A DNA stretch of 63,148 bases, filler included, from Octopus bimaculoides (lineage: Eukaryota), in NCBI RefSeq assembly GCF_001194135.2. It is 7 parts of 7 records of this genome, joined end to end, with 100 filler letters (N's around TTAATTAATTAA, not from the genome) between each part and the next. Parts side by side here need not be neighbours in the genome. Positions count along the whole stretch, not along the records: positions 1 to 26,186 come from NC_068982.1; positions 26,287 to 30,801 come from NC_068985.1; positions 30,902 to 47,926 come from NC_068984.1; 4 more parts are not named here. The stretch is one strand, 5' to 3'. A program made the translations under genes and the position numbers. Position 1 is the stretch's first letter; each line of letters opens with the position of its first letter. Under the pieces are notes generated by a model, which worked only from the letters and a program-made list of their open reading frames with translations, was not told the origin of the DNA and made no database searches. Positions 24,784-35,725 of the stretch are shown piece by piece.

Positions 24784-26286
24784 GCCCTCTTTCTTTCTCT
24801 CTTCATGTGTTCATACACATGGAAAAACAAAAAGAATTTTCAGAAAAAGAAATCAACCAGCTGACACACATTACTAATACAATCTGTAAGTGGAACAGTT
24901 AGAATATGCAAAACATTTTTCTCTTCAAATTCAAAATGTGACATTGTCTTGGTTATTTACATTTCAGTTGTGGAACATTGTATTCTGGTTAGAGACTAGC
25001 TTTTCAAATACTTAAAAATCGAAGAGAATACAATGTATAAATACATAAAATACATAATTGCATGCATACATACATACATATATACATACATACATACATA
25101 CATACATACACACACACACGTAAATATGAGACACAGAAAGAAAATAGAGTTCATGAGACTCTTTACTATTCACTACAATCATTTCAACCCATCATGCACT
25201 GGTAAATAATAAAAAATAGTAGTGAATAATAATGAGTCTTGTGAATATCATTTCTTTCTCTCATATTTTTATAAACTCTAAGGGGTATGAAAGAATTTCT
25301 TAAGTAAATCCAGTAGCAAATATCTCCATACTGCTGTTGACATCAGGTAGCTGAATACTGCGAATAGGCTTTAAACAGCATACTGCAAGGTGTATGCCCA
25401 AATATAAAACTATTACATACATACATACATACATACATTTATACATACATACATTTATACATACATGCATTTATACATACATACATACATACATATATAC
25501 ATACATATATACATACATACATACATACATACATGCATATGCCAGAAAGGTAGAGAATAAGTCTAAGTAAAAAGGCTGGAACCAATGGTTTCCAGTTGAT
25601 ATCCTCACTAGATATTTTGGCAAGGTGTCTGTCAGAATATTTCAGATTGAACAATTGCTGGCCTGGATTTTACCTTCTCCAGTCACTCAATTTGGATTTA
25701 TATTCACATTCATAGCAACCCTAGTTGCTAACCATGAACTATAAAAAAAACTTTTTTCAGCTTATTGAACTTCGATATGGGAAAAACCTACAACCTTCTA
25801 CATCAATAAACTCTTATTGATCCTGAAAGTTGTTTTCTATACCAACCAGGGACTGCTCAAATTTCCTACTTTTAGATCCTTGGATCTTACAATTACATAT
25901 CATTTCCTCCATGGTACAAACTTAATTTGTGGTCCATGGGAAGAGCCATTCTAACGATGTGTCCTGCCTTAACTCTTCGAAATGCTTAGTTTTAGAGTGG
26001 TGGCAGCTGATGAAGGAAATGTTCTCTATGTGGCCTGTGTGTTTTCTGTACTCTGTTTATCATTTTGTCCACGTTTTGTTGCAACGTCCTGTACCCAGAT
26101 ATGCATCTATATATACACGTAGATGTAGGTATGTACATACATGTACGTATATATGCATATACTCATTTATTATTTGTGTATATATANNNNNNNNNNNNNN
26201 NNNNNNNNNNNNNNNNNNNNNNNNNNNNNNTTAATTAATTAANNNNNNNNNNNNNNNNNNNNNNNNNNNNNNNNNNNNNNNNNNNN

Positions 26287-26805
26287 CAAAGCCTCCAACT
26301 TCCGCAGTAATGGTTCGACAGTCAATGCATACAGAAAGGGAGGAGAGAGGACACCCTTGGCGAACCGAACTCAAGATGTTGAACGGTTCCGATAGATGGC
26401 CGTTCACCAGTATGACCGAGCAGATGCCGCTGTATAAAGCAGCTATCCACCCGCGGAAGACCGGACCGAAGCCAGCTGCCTTGAGAACAGCTGCCAGGTA
26501 TCGATGGTCGACCCTCTCGAAGGCTTTAGACTGATCAAAGTTGATCAAAGCCCCACCCGCGCCAGATTCGTTATCCACCCTCTCTATGATGTAGCCCATG
26601 AGATGGAGGTTGTCGTGGATAGACCTGGTCGGCACGTCGCATGTCTGCGCCTTGCCGATCAGTTTGCCCACGACAGGCGCCAATCTCTTGGAAAGCACCT
26701 TGGCCAAGATCTTCAACTCTGTGTTGAGCAGAGTGATGGGCCTAAAGTTCCCTATAATGTCCCCCTTCTTTGGGACCTTTCTTAGCAAAGCCACCACTCC
26801 TCGAC
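26287..26805 (-). mobile_element. L1/Tx1-clade reverse transcriptase fragment (GC-rich), truncated by a gap
   Basis: NFRPITLLNTELKILAKVLSKRL, INFDQSKAFERVDH, VRQGCPLS. Confidence 0.9.
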
Positions 26806-29800
26806 AAACAAAAGCAGATATGCAGTTTGGTGTAAATAAGTGTGCAACACTGATTATAAAGTAAGACAAAACACGAAATCATATGGAATAATGTTATACG
26901 ATAATATCCTTGGATCACCGAAGGGGTATGACGCACTTCCGATATTACTACGTAAGATGTTAACGTAAATAAGAAAGGAAATGAGCTGATGTTTGAATTG
27001 AAATACGCTGCTTCTTGCAAGTAAATACATATCTGATGACCTCAAACTGTGCGAGCGAGAGGAACTTAAATGAAACAAAGCACATTTGATGTCAATCAAT
27101 CGGAGAACCATATCGCTGTTCAAAATCTCTTGTATATCATGGATAATTCGCAAACTTCCTACGTATGTAGTCAGCAATTCTTTGCAAATCTTATTACAGT
27201 GCACATTCAGGCTTTGCAGAATTGTTTTAGTATATTATTCAATATTTTTTTTTTATTTTGATATACATTGAGTGGAAACCTAATTGTTATTTAAGAAAAA
27301 TAAGTAAAGAATTTACCTGGATTAATCATGGCTAGTATTCGAATAATTATTTCTCATGATTGTTTTTCGTATTCTGTACTCGTGTTTCTTCTCTTTCATC
27401 CATTTCCTGCTGTTGTCTGATTGATTTCTAGAATTTTACCTGTTTCTGCAATATTGCATGGATTTAGACGTCGTCATATGGTTATAATTCCTTTAGTTCT
27501 TTTATGCTGAATATACATACTTTACGATTTCGTTGATTCATGTTATCTTAGATACAATGCAGTTTTCAATAAACCCAAGATAAACTGGATTTACCGTCAT
27601 TGTTGCTGCTGTTGATTAAAGGCTCGTATGCTCAATAAGACAATGCGATCGATTCTAAAGTTCTAAATATCAGGCAATTATCATCGGTCTTATAGATAAA
27701 ACGTCTGTCTAAACAACTTTTTTATTCTTGGTCCTTATATTTATATTTATCTTATTCCTGATATTTAGTTTGAGAGTTTTAACTCGACCGTTGCTTGTGA
27801 AAATGTTATTGTGTTGCGTATACACACAATAACTTGTGGTGTGCCTGTTCTGGTACTGCCTCGACTTACATTTTCAGTCGGCATCATTTTAATATTTTGG
27901 CTAACTATAAGGATTATTATACTTGTAATACATTTAAACATTTCTGTTTTGCTAGTCTTTGCTCTGAAATAAAGGAGATGTGGGAAAATGTGTTCGCTTC
28001 TAAATCTGGTTTTTGTCCTCTTCGTTTATACGGGTGCGACATAGTATCATTGTTTTCGGTTAAGATTTTATGGGTAAAATATGCTTATAAAATGAATTTG
28101 ACTCGTATATGATTTTTACTCATCTTTCATAGAATTCGGACTTTTTTTTCTTCAGATTTTCCCGATCAACAATTCCACGCATAGATGGATTTGATTTCAA
28201 ATTTTCAAAGCCTTGTATTGATAGATCCATTATTCATATATTTCATCTCTCAATATTAACATACAACTTTTTTTTTTACAAAGACTGCTAAACAATGCTT
28301 CATATTCATAGTATCAACTCAGGATGACTTTCACTTTTACCAATTACATGTAATTACTGTTAGCGTTATAAAACTTAGTAACAAGTCAGCGATTATTGCC
28401 TACATTAGCAACTTATATTTTATTGCAAACAAAGATGAAGTAATTAATATAGATTATTAAATGATTTACGCAAAATGCTCTTCAGCATATTCACAACTTA
28501 TTTTAGACTTTCTTGATTGTTGCCTCACCTGTTTTACTGGTTACAGCTGGAGGTGTAGATGTTAACTTGTCTCTTCATTTATTGTCAGCATTAATTTTCA
28601 TTTACACTAGAGGAATTCTTTTTTCTTTCTCACCTAAGTTGAGTTAATATATACATTACTAATCAACTAACTGCTGTCGTTTAAATTGTCTAAGACTCTA
28701 CACCTTAAACTATGATCTCTCACCTGTAGAACCAAAAATATGCACCATGATAATTTGCTACAGCGGTACGTATTTCAATGATTGTATTATCCACCCGTGT
28801 GAGAATGAAATAAATTACTTTAATCAAGTAATACTCTACCTTAAATTGACATGTTTGTCTCGAAACATTCGGATCTCTTGTATTAATATAATTAACGAAC
28901 ATCACCTACGGTAGTCGTTCTGCCATTACTGTTGTATCGTATGTATCAAAAGTTTCCTAATCATTAACAACAGCGCCGTTAACATGATCGCTATCAATTA
29001 TCATGGGCACCATCAATTTTCGGTTAATCATCATGCATGGCACCGCCAACACCAAGTCGTCGTCGTCGTCGTCGTCCTCATTACCATCGTCAACAATATC
29101 ATAACGTGAATTGTCAGCATCGTTGTCCTAATCATTTAGAAGGCAGAATGAATTGGATTGTTATGAGGAAGATAAAATACAAAGTCTTCCCCTAGACTTG
29201 GATCACTGACATAGACGATTTTCAATTGTGTTGTTCCTTGCTCTTTCGGTGGTACTACTCGAGCTCTCTCGTAATGTTTATATTGGCGTATTGCTGTAAA
29301 ATGTCACATGAACAGCCGACTTTCCCTCTGCAAATGAATGTTATCAAATTAAAATTCTCAAGATAGATTTTACCATTACTTGTGGCAATATAAATGAGTT
29401 AGCATTTTAGAATGCATTATATATNNNNNNNNNNNNNNNNNNNNNNNNNNNNNNNNNNNNNNNNNNNNNNNNNNNNNNNNNNNNNNNNNNNNNNNNNNNN
29501 NNNNNNNNNNNNNNNNNNNNNNNNNNNNNNNNNNNNNNNNNNNNNNNNNNNNNNNNNNNNNNNNNNNNNNNNNNNNNNNNNNNNNNNNNNNNNNNNNNNN
29601 NNNNNNNNNNNNNNNNNNNNNNNNNNNNNNNNNNNNNNNNNNNNNNNNNNNNNNNNNNNNNNNNNNNNNNNNNNNNNNNNNNNNNNNNNNNNNNNNNNNN
29701 NNNNNNNNNNNNNNNNNNNNNNNNNNNNNNNNNNNNNNNNNNNNNNNNNNNNNNNNNNNNNNNNNNNNNNNNNNNNNNNNNNNNNNNNNNNNNNNNNNNN

Positions 29801-31199
29801 NNNNNNNNNNNNNNNNNNNNNNNNNNNNNNNNNNNNNNNNNNNNNNNNNNNNNNNNNNNNNNNNNNNNNNNNNNNNNNNNNNNNNNNNNNNNNNNNNNNN
29901 NNNNNNNNNNNNNNNNNNNNNNNNNNNNNNNNNNNNNNNNNNNNNNNNNNNNNNNNNNNNNNNNNNNNNNTATATATATATATATATATATATATTAATG
30001 GAAAATAGAAAACAAAACGAAGGCAGGACGAGTATCTGAGGGTAATTTTTAATTTATACCTGCAGGTACAAATTAAAGGTATGATCCGGAAAACTTGCTC
30101 AGCCTCAGTTGTGAACTCGAAACATAACCGGGTAACCAATTATAGCACTTACTCAGCGCACGTAAAGGTTTAGTTCATCACATATATTCTATTAGAGTAA
30201 TGCAGTATCCCAAAAGGAATGAAATTTGGATTCCTTTATAACAATTCTTCTAATGTTCATGTTGTGGATGTATATTTCACTCAACCTCCTTTGAACATGC
30301 ACGTCATGCCTAAAGGTGTATATATTGTCGTTTGCAAGGGAGTAGTTATTCTAACGAAAAGTCTATCGAAAGAGAGGTTTAGAAATCCTACATTTAAATG
30401 TATTTAGAATTCCAGCCAATACTTTGTATCAAAATGTCAGCTATTGTATTTAGAATACTGACTTTGAAATGTTAACGCTGTATTTAAAATGACAGTTTAA
30501 AATGTATTTAGAACCCGATCATAGAATTTTGTATTTACAATATAACTATAAAACTGTATTCTGGATGTAAACTGCAGAATTTGTATTTGAAATGCAAGCA
30601 GAACACTTTGTGCACGAAATGCAAGCAGAAAACTTTCTATTTGAAATGATGGTCTTAAATGTGATATTTAAAATGTTAACATAAAAGAGTAAATTCATAA
30701 TTATAAAGTATAATGTTTGTCTATAGAATCTCATTCAAAGATACGGCGAGTATCTTCCGTTACATGTGTGTCCTGCATATATATATATATATATATATAT
30801 ANNNNNNNNNNNNNNNNNNNNNNNNNNNNNNNNNNNNNNNNNNNNTTAATTAATTAANNNNNNNNNNNNNNNNNNNNNNNNNNNNNNNNNNNNNNNNNNN
30901 NTGGGGGTCAATATAATCGATTAAAATCCTTCAAGGCGTAAACTTATAACCGGAAACTAGCTAGAACAAAACAGACGAAGATGAGGAAAATGAGTAAATA
31001 CTGATGTAGATCTAATATGTATGTTGGTGATGATGAAGATGGTGTTGGGTAGGAGAATGTAGGAGAATTGTAAATAAAGGTAGCGTGCAAAGGAAAGCAG
31101 AAAATGTAAGCATGGAAAAATGGTATGAAAAATATTGAACGGAAAGAAGTGTATGGTGTTGTGGGATATGACGAAGTGAAAGAAAAGAAATGAGCGGAA

Positions 31200-31436
31200 G
31201 AGGTAGTTAGAAAGAGACAATGTGTTTCGTCCGCAATAGTCCGTAAGGAGGATAGGGCCGGTCTCCCGGGCGTATATATTCCTCCCAAGACGGAGATGCC
31301 GGTCCGTCGCAGGATAACTCATTTTTACCAGCTGAGTGGACTGGAGCAACGTAAAATGAATGTTTGCCCAGGAACACAACGCCTCACCCCGTACAGGAAT
31401 CGAAACCATAATCTTACGATCATGAGCCTAACCACT
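31200..31436 (-). mobile_element. tRNA-derived SINE (cctgcgacggaccgg core family)
   Basis: Minus strand tagtggttagg...ggtttcgattcc head followed by ctccagtccactcagctgg and cctgcgacggaccgg; related to 35515-35725 and 49186-49483. Confidence 0.7.
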
Positions 31437-31451
31437 AAAACCAAGAGTCTT

Positions 31452-33640
31452 TAAAAATAAATGCCTCATTAACAACAGTTGTGTTTTTTCGCTGCTCTCG
31501 TTTAAATTGTAGGTTTTCCCTTTTGTAATTACCGTTGTTTTTTGAATTGTTACACAACTTTTGCTGCTTTCTGTGCCTTTTGGACGCATTGCCTGCTTTG
31601 GTGGGTGCGTTTTTTGTGCGAGATCCCCCTGTTTGGGAACGAGCTGTTTTCCTTTGTGGAAAGTTTTTTGCACGAAAAGTACAACCTGGAATTTGACGCC
31701 TCCCAATATGCAGATCCAGACTTCTTCTTGGAGGAATTGTGCGATCAGGTGTTGCCCACCCCTCCAATTTTCCAAACAAAGGAAGACAAGAACATGCTAG
31801 AGAATGAGGAAACTGACCTCCGAGTTGAAGTGCAGAATGGTAATGGAAGGATGAACTACGAGTCCGTGGCCGGTATCGCGAGCGAAATAGTGCAGGTCGT
31901 CCCGGACGAACTAGAGAAATACAAGTGTTTAATACAAAAAGAAGGAAACAATATAAAACTAACCCAACCTTGGGAATGATACACATCACAAAGAGGCAAA
32001 CAATAGTGTACAAAACCTTGTCACTCAAAACGAAAAAAATTGAAATGGCTACTAAAGAGGCAATCGAAAAATTCCTACAGCCGATATGGCGAAATATAAC
32101 ATACACAGCTAGAGGAAAGTGCTTCGGAACCGTCGAAGCAAGGGTCGCCCTCGAAGAAGAAGCAAGAAGCATTCGACAACTCCCCTAAAGTTAACAGGAC
32201 TAGTGCTGTTGCCAACATATTTACGCAAGCGGACATCAAAAATTAAAATAGGGGAGGTCCCACTGGAGATCGACGTGGTCTGGCTGGTGGCAGCTGTACT
32301 GCTAAACTTGGAGGATAAAATCATCATCCTTCAAGTTACCAAGCTGCACCAGTGGAACTGATGGGGTCAAGGTCTGGAAGTGGTAATCCAGGCCATCCAG
32401 CGACCTGGAAGAATTGCCAGATCAAATTTTACTGACGGACGAAACAACACCAAGAATATTAGTCGAGGGGCGAAAGCCAAGTTGTTATAAGTGCGACATG
32501 AAAGGGCATATTAAAACTGCATGCCCAGTAGACAAAGCATCAATAGCACCCCCAACAAACCGACAAAGTCACAGGAATCCAAAAAGAGCCGACCAATACC
32601 ACGACAAAACAACACACACCAATAATAGCGCGAGAAGAGACAAAACAAGCAAAAGAGAGGCGCCCCAGAAAAAAAAAAAAAAAAACTCAACTCCAACCGC
32701 ATCTGAAGAAGTTGAGAGCGACTGGAGGGAGGTAAAAAAAGACGCAAGGAGATGAATACCTCCCCCACACGCATTACCATCAAAAGCACCGAAACACCCG
32801 CATGCACCCCACCTATAAAACTCAGACACCCAACCCATTACCCCCAAGTAGAGTAATAAACATAACCGCTTTCAACACGAACAACACCATCTTAGTAGAA
32901 CTGATGAATAAAAATGAACATATCACCCCATATGCAGCCCCAAACACAACCGAACATAACGGAAAATATAAAATTTATATACATAGACAATATCTCATAC
33001 ACAGACTTAAAATAAAAATACCCAAATGACATCCGATCATTACAGAGAACTTTTACTAAACATCTTTGCACTTATTTCAAAAAAAATACCCCGCAAGCCA
33101 CATATAATTCATTCAGACAAGATAAATCACCGCTAGTAAAACCGGGAGAAAATAAACCACCCGAGTTAAACATACAGACAGAAATTCACGTTTTACCCCA
33201 TAATCAGACGCTCCACACCTGAACACCAGCGAACTCAAAAGACAATACAAGGTTCTTTTTTCATCAGTTATTTAATCATATGTTATTTCAACCCATTTTG
33301 TCTGTCCTGTACTGTGAATCAAGAGTGTATGTCTTGCTACATGTGTAAGTGAGAGGATTGAATGTGAGTTTCCTTAATTGTCTTATGTTGTAAATGAAGA
33401 GCGTACGCCTTGTTACATGTGTGGGATGACTTGAACGAAAGTACCAGTGACTCTAAAAGATCAGTGATGATGCGTGGTTGTGGGGTCCCCGTGTCCACCA
33501 CTCCATTTTTATCATTTCCATTTTTCTCATTATCGATACGGTATTTTGACCCCCCCCCATGTTTTGTCTGTCCTGTATTGTTCCTTCTGTGTCTTAAACT
33601 TTATGGTGAATAAAAATAAATGCCTCATTAATAAAAAAAA
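31452..33640 (+). mobile_element. gag/ORF1-only non-LTR element (HAL1-like) bounded by direct repeats; frameshifted ORF1 with CCHC knuckle
   Basis: Consecutive ORFs 31542-31979, 31925-32188, 32119-32361 and 32414-32755 with ILVEGRKPSCYKCDMKGHIKTAC; no EN or RT motifs; 21 bp repeat at 31452-31472 and 33611-33631; A8 at 33633-33640. Confidence 0.75.
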
Positions 33641-33664
33641 TCAAGAGTCTCTAGATAAATTGGG

Positions 33665-33697
<33 letters not shown>

Positions 33698-33709
33698 CGT
33701 GTGTGTATA

Positions 33710-34945
33710 CAGGGTTATTCAAAAAGAATGAACCGATTTCATTACGCAATATTTTAATCAGGAAATGTAATAGAAAACTCCAGCTAAGTCACAAGTATTT
33801 ACTCACAATCGCCTTTTATTTTCTGTCTTACAAGTGTTTAATGTGGCCACCACCTGCAGCACGGGCAACATAAATGCGATAAGAGAATTCCTCCCAGACA
33901 CGTATCAGCATATCCCGATCTACTAAGTTGATCGCTGTTGTTNNNNNNNNNNACCAATCCATGGCTGGGGCACTTTTTCATTTAAAAAGGCTCGAACCAT
34001 CAGGTGCCAATGGGGTGGTGCTCCACCTTGTTGAAAAATGAAGTCATGCAAATCTGCTTTCGGTGAAGTGAAGAGCCAGTTTTGGAGCATATCGAGATAG
34101 GTTTTGTTGTGTCGACGCCCCCAGGCGAAGAAGTAGGATCTCCCAAGACATATAAATAGAAGTAGTCTGGCCGTGGTAGGAGTGTTGTGTAGCAGTCGAG
34201 TAGCAGTTGTGTAGCGGTTGAGTAGAGATCATCCGAAGGTGCTAGATAGCAGTAGCTTGAGGCATAATAGGTTTGTTCTGTAACGGTGCTTCCTTCAAAG
34301 AAAAAGAGGCCATAAACCTTGTCCTGAGATACAACACAGAAGACGTTCACCTTAGAGGAATCTCTTCTCTGCTCAACTGTTTTATGTGGATGTTCTGTTC
34401 CCCAAATATACACATACTGACGATTGACTGTGCCGCTCAAGTGAAAAGTCGCTTCATCACAAAAAATGAAACGTGAAATGAAGGATTCCTCTTCCATCAT
34501 TTCCAGCATCGATTCGCAAAATTCCATCCGCTTCCTTTTGTCGTCATTGGTAAGTGCCTGAACGAAGCGTAGTCTGTACGGTTTCAAATGTAGACGTCTT
34601 CTTAGCACACGCCAGATAGTGGATTGAGGGATCGCAAGCTCTCGGTTAGCTCGAGTTGAAGACTTCCGTGGGCTCCCCTCAAACGTAGCACGGATTCTCG
34701 CCACCTGTTTCTACGAAACTCCGGGTCGTCCTGGAATTTTTCCTTTACACAGACACCCACTCTCTTGAAACTGTTGAAACCACCGTCGAATGTTCTTAGG
34801 AGAGGGCGGATTAATGTTGAATAGCCTTCGAAAAACACGCTGCACCGTGACAACCGAATTTGTTTTCGCGAACTCGAGAATGCAGAACGTCCTTTGCTGA
34901 GGACGCGCCATTCTAAGAGTAAACAAACAACTGAAAGTTGCCGGA
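33710..34945 (-). mobile_element. Tc1/mariner transposon of the DD41D (rosa)-like, DUF4817-type group; decayed, one TIR visible
   Basis: MARPQQRTFCILEFAKTNSVVTVQRVFR, SPRKSS, FCDEATFHLSGTVNRQ, by-eye FQQGGAPPHW; end ta|cagggttattcaaaaagaatg at 33708-33730. Confidence 0.8.
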
Positions 34946-35087
34946 AGAATTATGCGAGTCCTCCTGATAGGGTAGATACCAGCAGTTCGCTAAGGACTAT
35001 ACATAGTTCAACAGTGCTGTGATTTGAGAGTGCTGTTGGCGTCACCCTCACATTATCAATAATGAATAAGGTCTAAANNNNNNNNNN

Positions 35088-35346
35088 GAATAGCCTTCGA
35101 AAAACACGCTGCACCGTGACAACCGAATTTGTTTTCGCGAACTCGAGAATGCAGAACGTCCTTTGCTGAGGACGCGCCATTCTAAGAGTAAACAAACAAC
35201 TGAAAGTTGCCGGAAGAATTATGCGAGTCCTCCTGATAGGGTAGATACCAGCAGTTCGCTAAGGACTATACATAGTTCAACAGTGCTGTGATTTGAGAGT
35301 GCTGTTGGCGTCACCCTCACATTATCAATAATGAATAAGGTCTAAA
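35088..35346. other. Exact 259 bp duplicate of 34819-35077 across a 10-N gap (probable contig-overlap artefact)
   Basis: Identical sequence on both sides of the gap. Confidence 0.85.
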
Positions 35347-35514
35347 TTATTTGTGAAGCAGAGGTCCAAGATGTTTCCCCTCGCTGGCGTGAGTATCACT
35401 TGTTCCATGAGCAACATATAACATTATAACAAGGTATAACAACATATAACACACACAGGCATACACACACACAGACACCCCCACATACACAGACACACTC
35501 TTTCTTCCTGCATC

Positions 35515-35725
35515 TAGCAGCTCACCTGCGACGGACCGGTATCCCGTCCAGGTGGGAAACCTGTACGCCAATGAAACCAGGGAAACCGGCCCTTATGAGC
35601 CAGGCATGGCTCGAGAAAGAACAAGCAGCAACAACATAAGCTCAAGGACACCACGCGCCGCTAGAATCGAACTCACAACCTTACGATCGTGAGTTGAATA
35701 CCACAACTAAGCCACGCTCCTTCAC
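35515..35725. mobile_element. Two SINE fragments: plus-strand 3' half with (AAC)n tail, then a minus-strand tRNA head
   Basis: cctgcgacggaccgg...ccggcccttatgag, then the reverse complement of gcgtggcttagttgtgg...gagttcgattc. Confidence 0.6.

Noticed and set aside
26231-26242. ttaattaattaa islands centred in N gaps (also 30846, 47971, 51182, 56369, 61862)
   Set aside because: An identical 12-mer with stops in all six frames sitting between N runs is a scaffolding spacer, not biology.
26854-27204. 116-aa minus-strand ORF beside the Tx1 RT
   Set aside because: No motif or convincing splice boundaries; not continuous with the RT frame.
28500-28905. Three minus-strand AG|GTGAG donor-like sites and a 61-aa ORF
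   Set aside because: Trial splicing gave stops in all frames; possibly non-coding exons, but unsupported.
34819-35346. Exact 259 bp tandem duplication
   Set aside because: It flanks a 10-N gap with 100% identity, so unmerged contig overlap is most likely.
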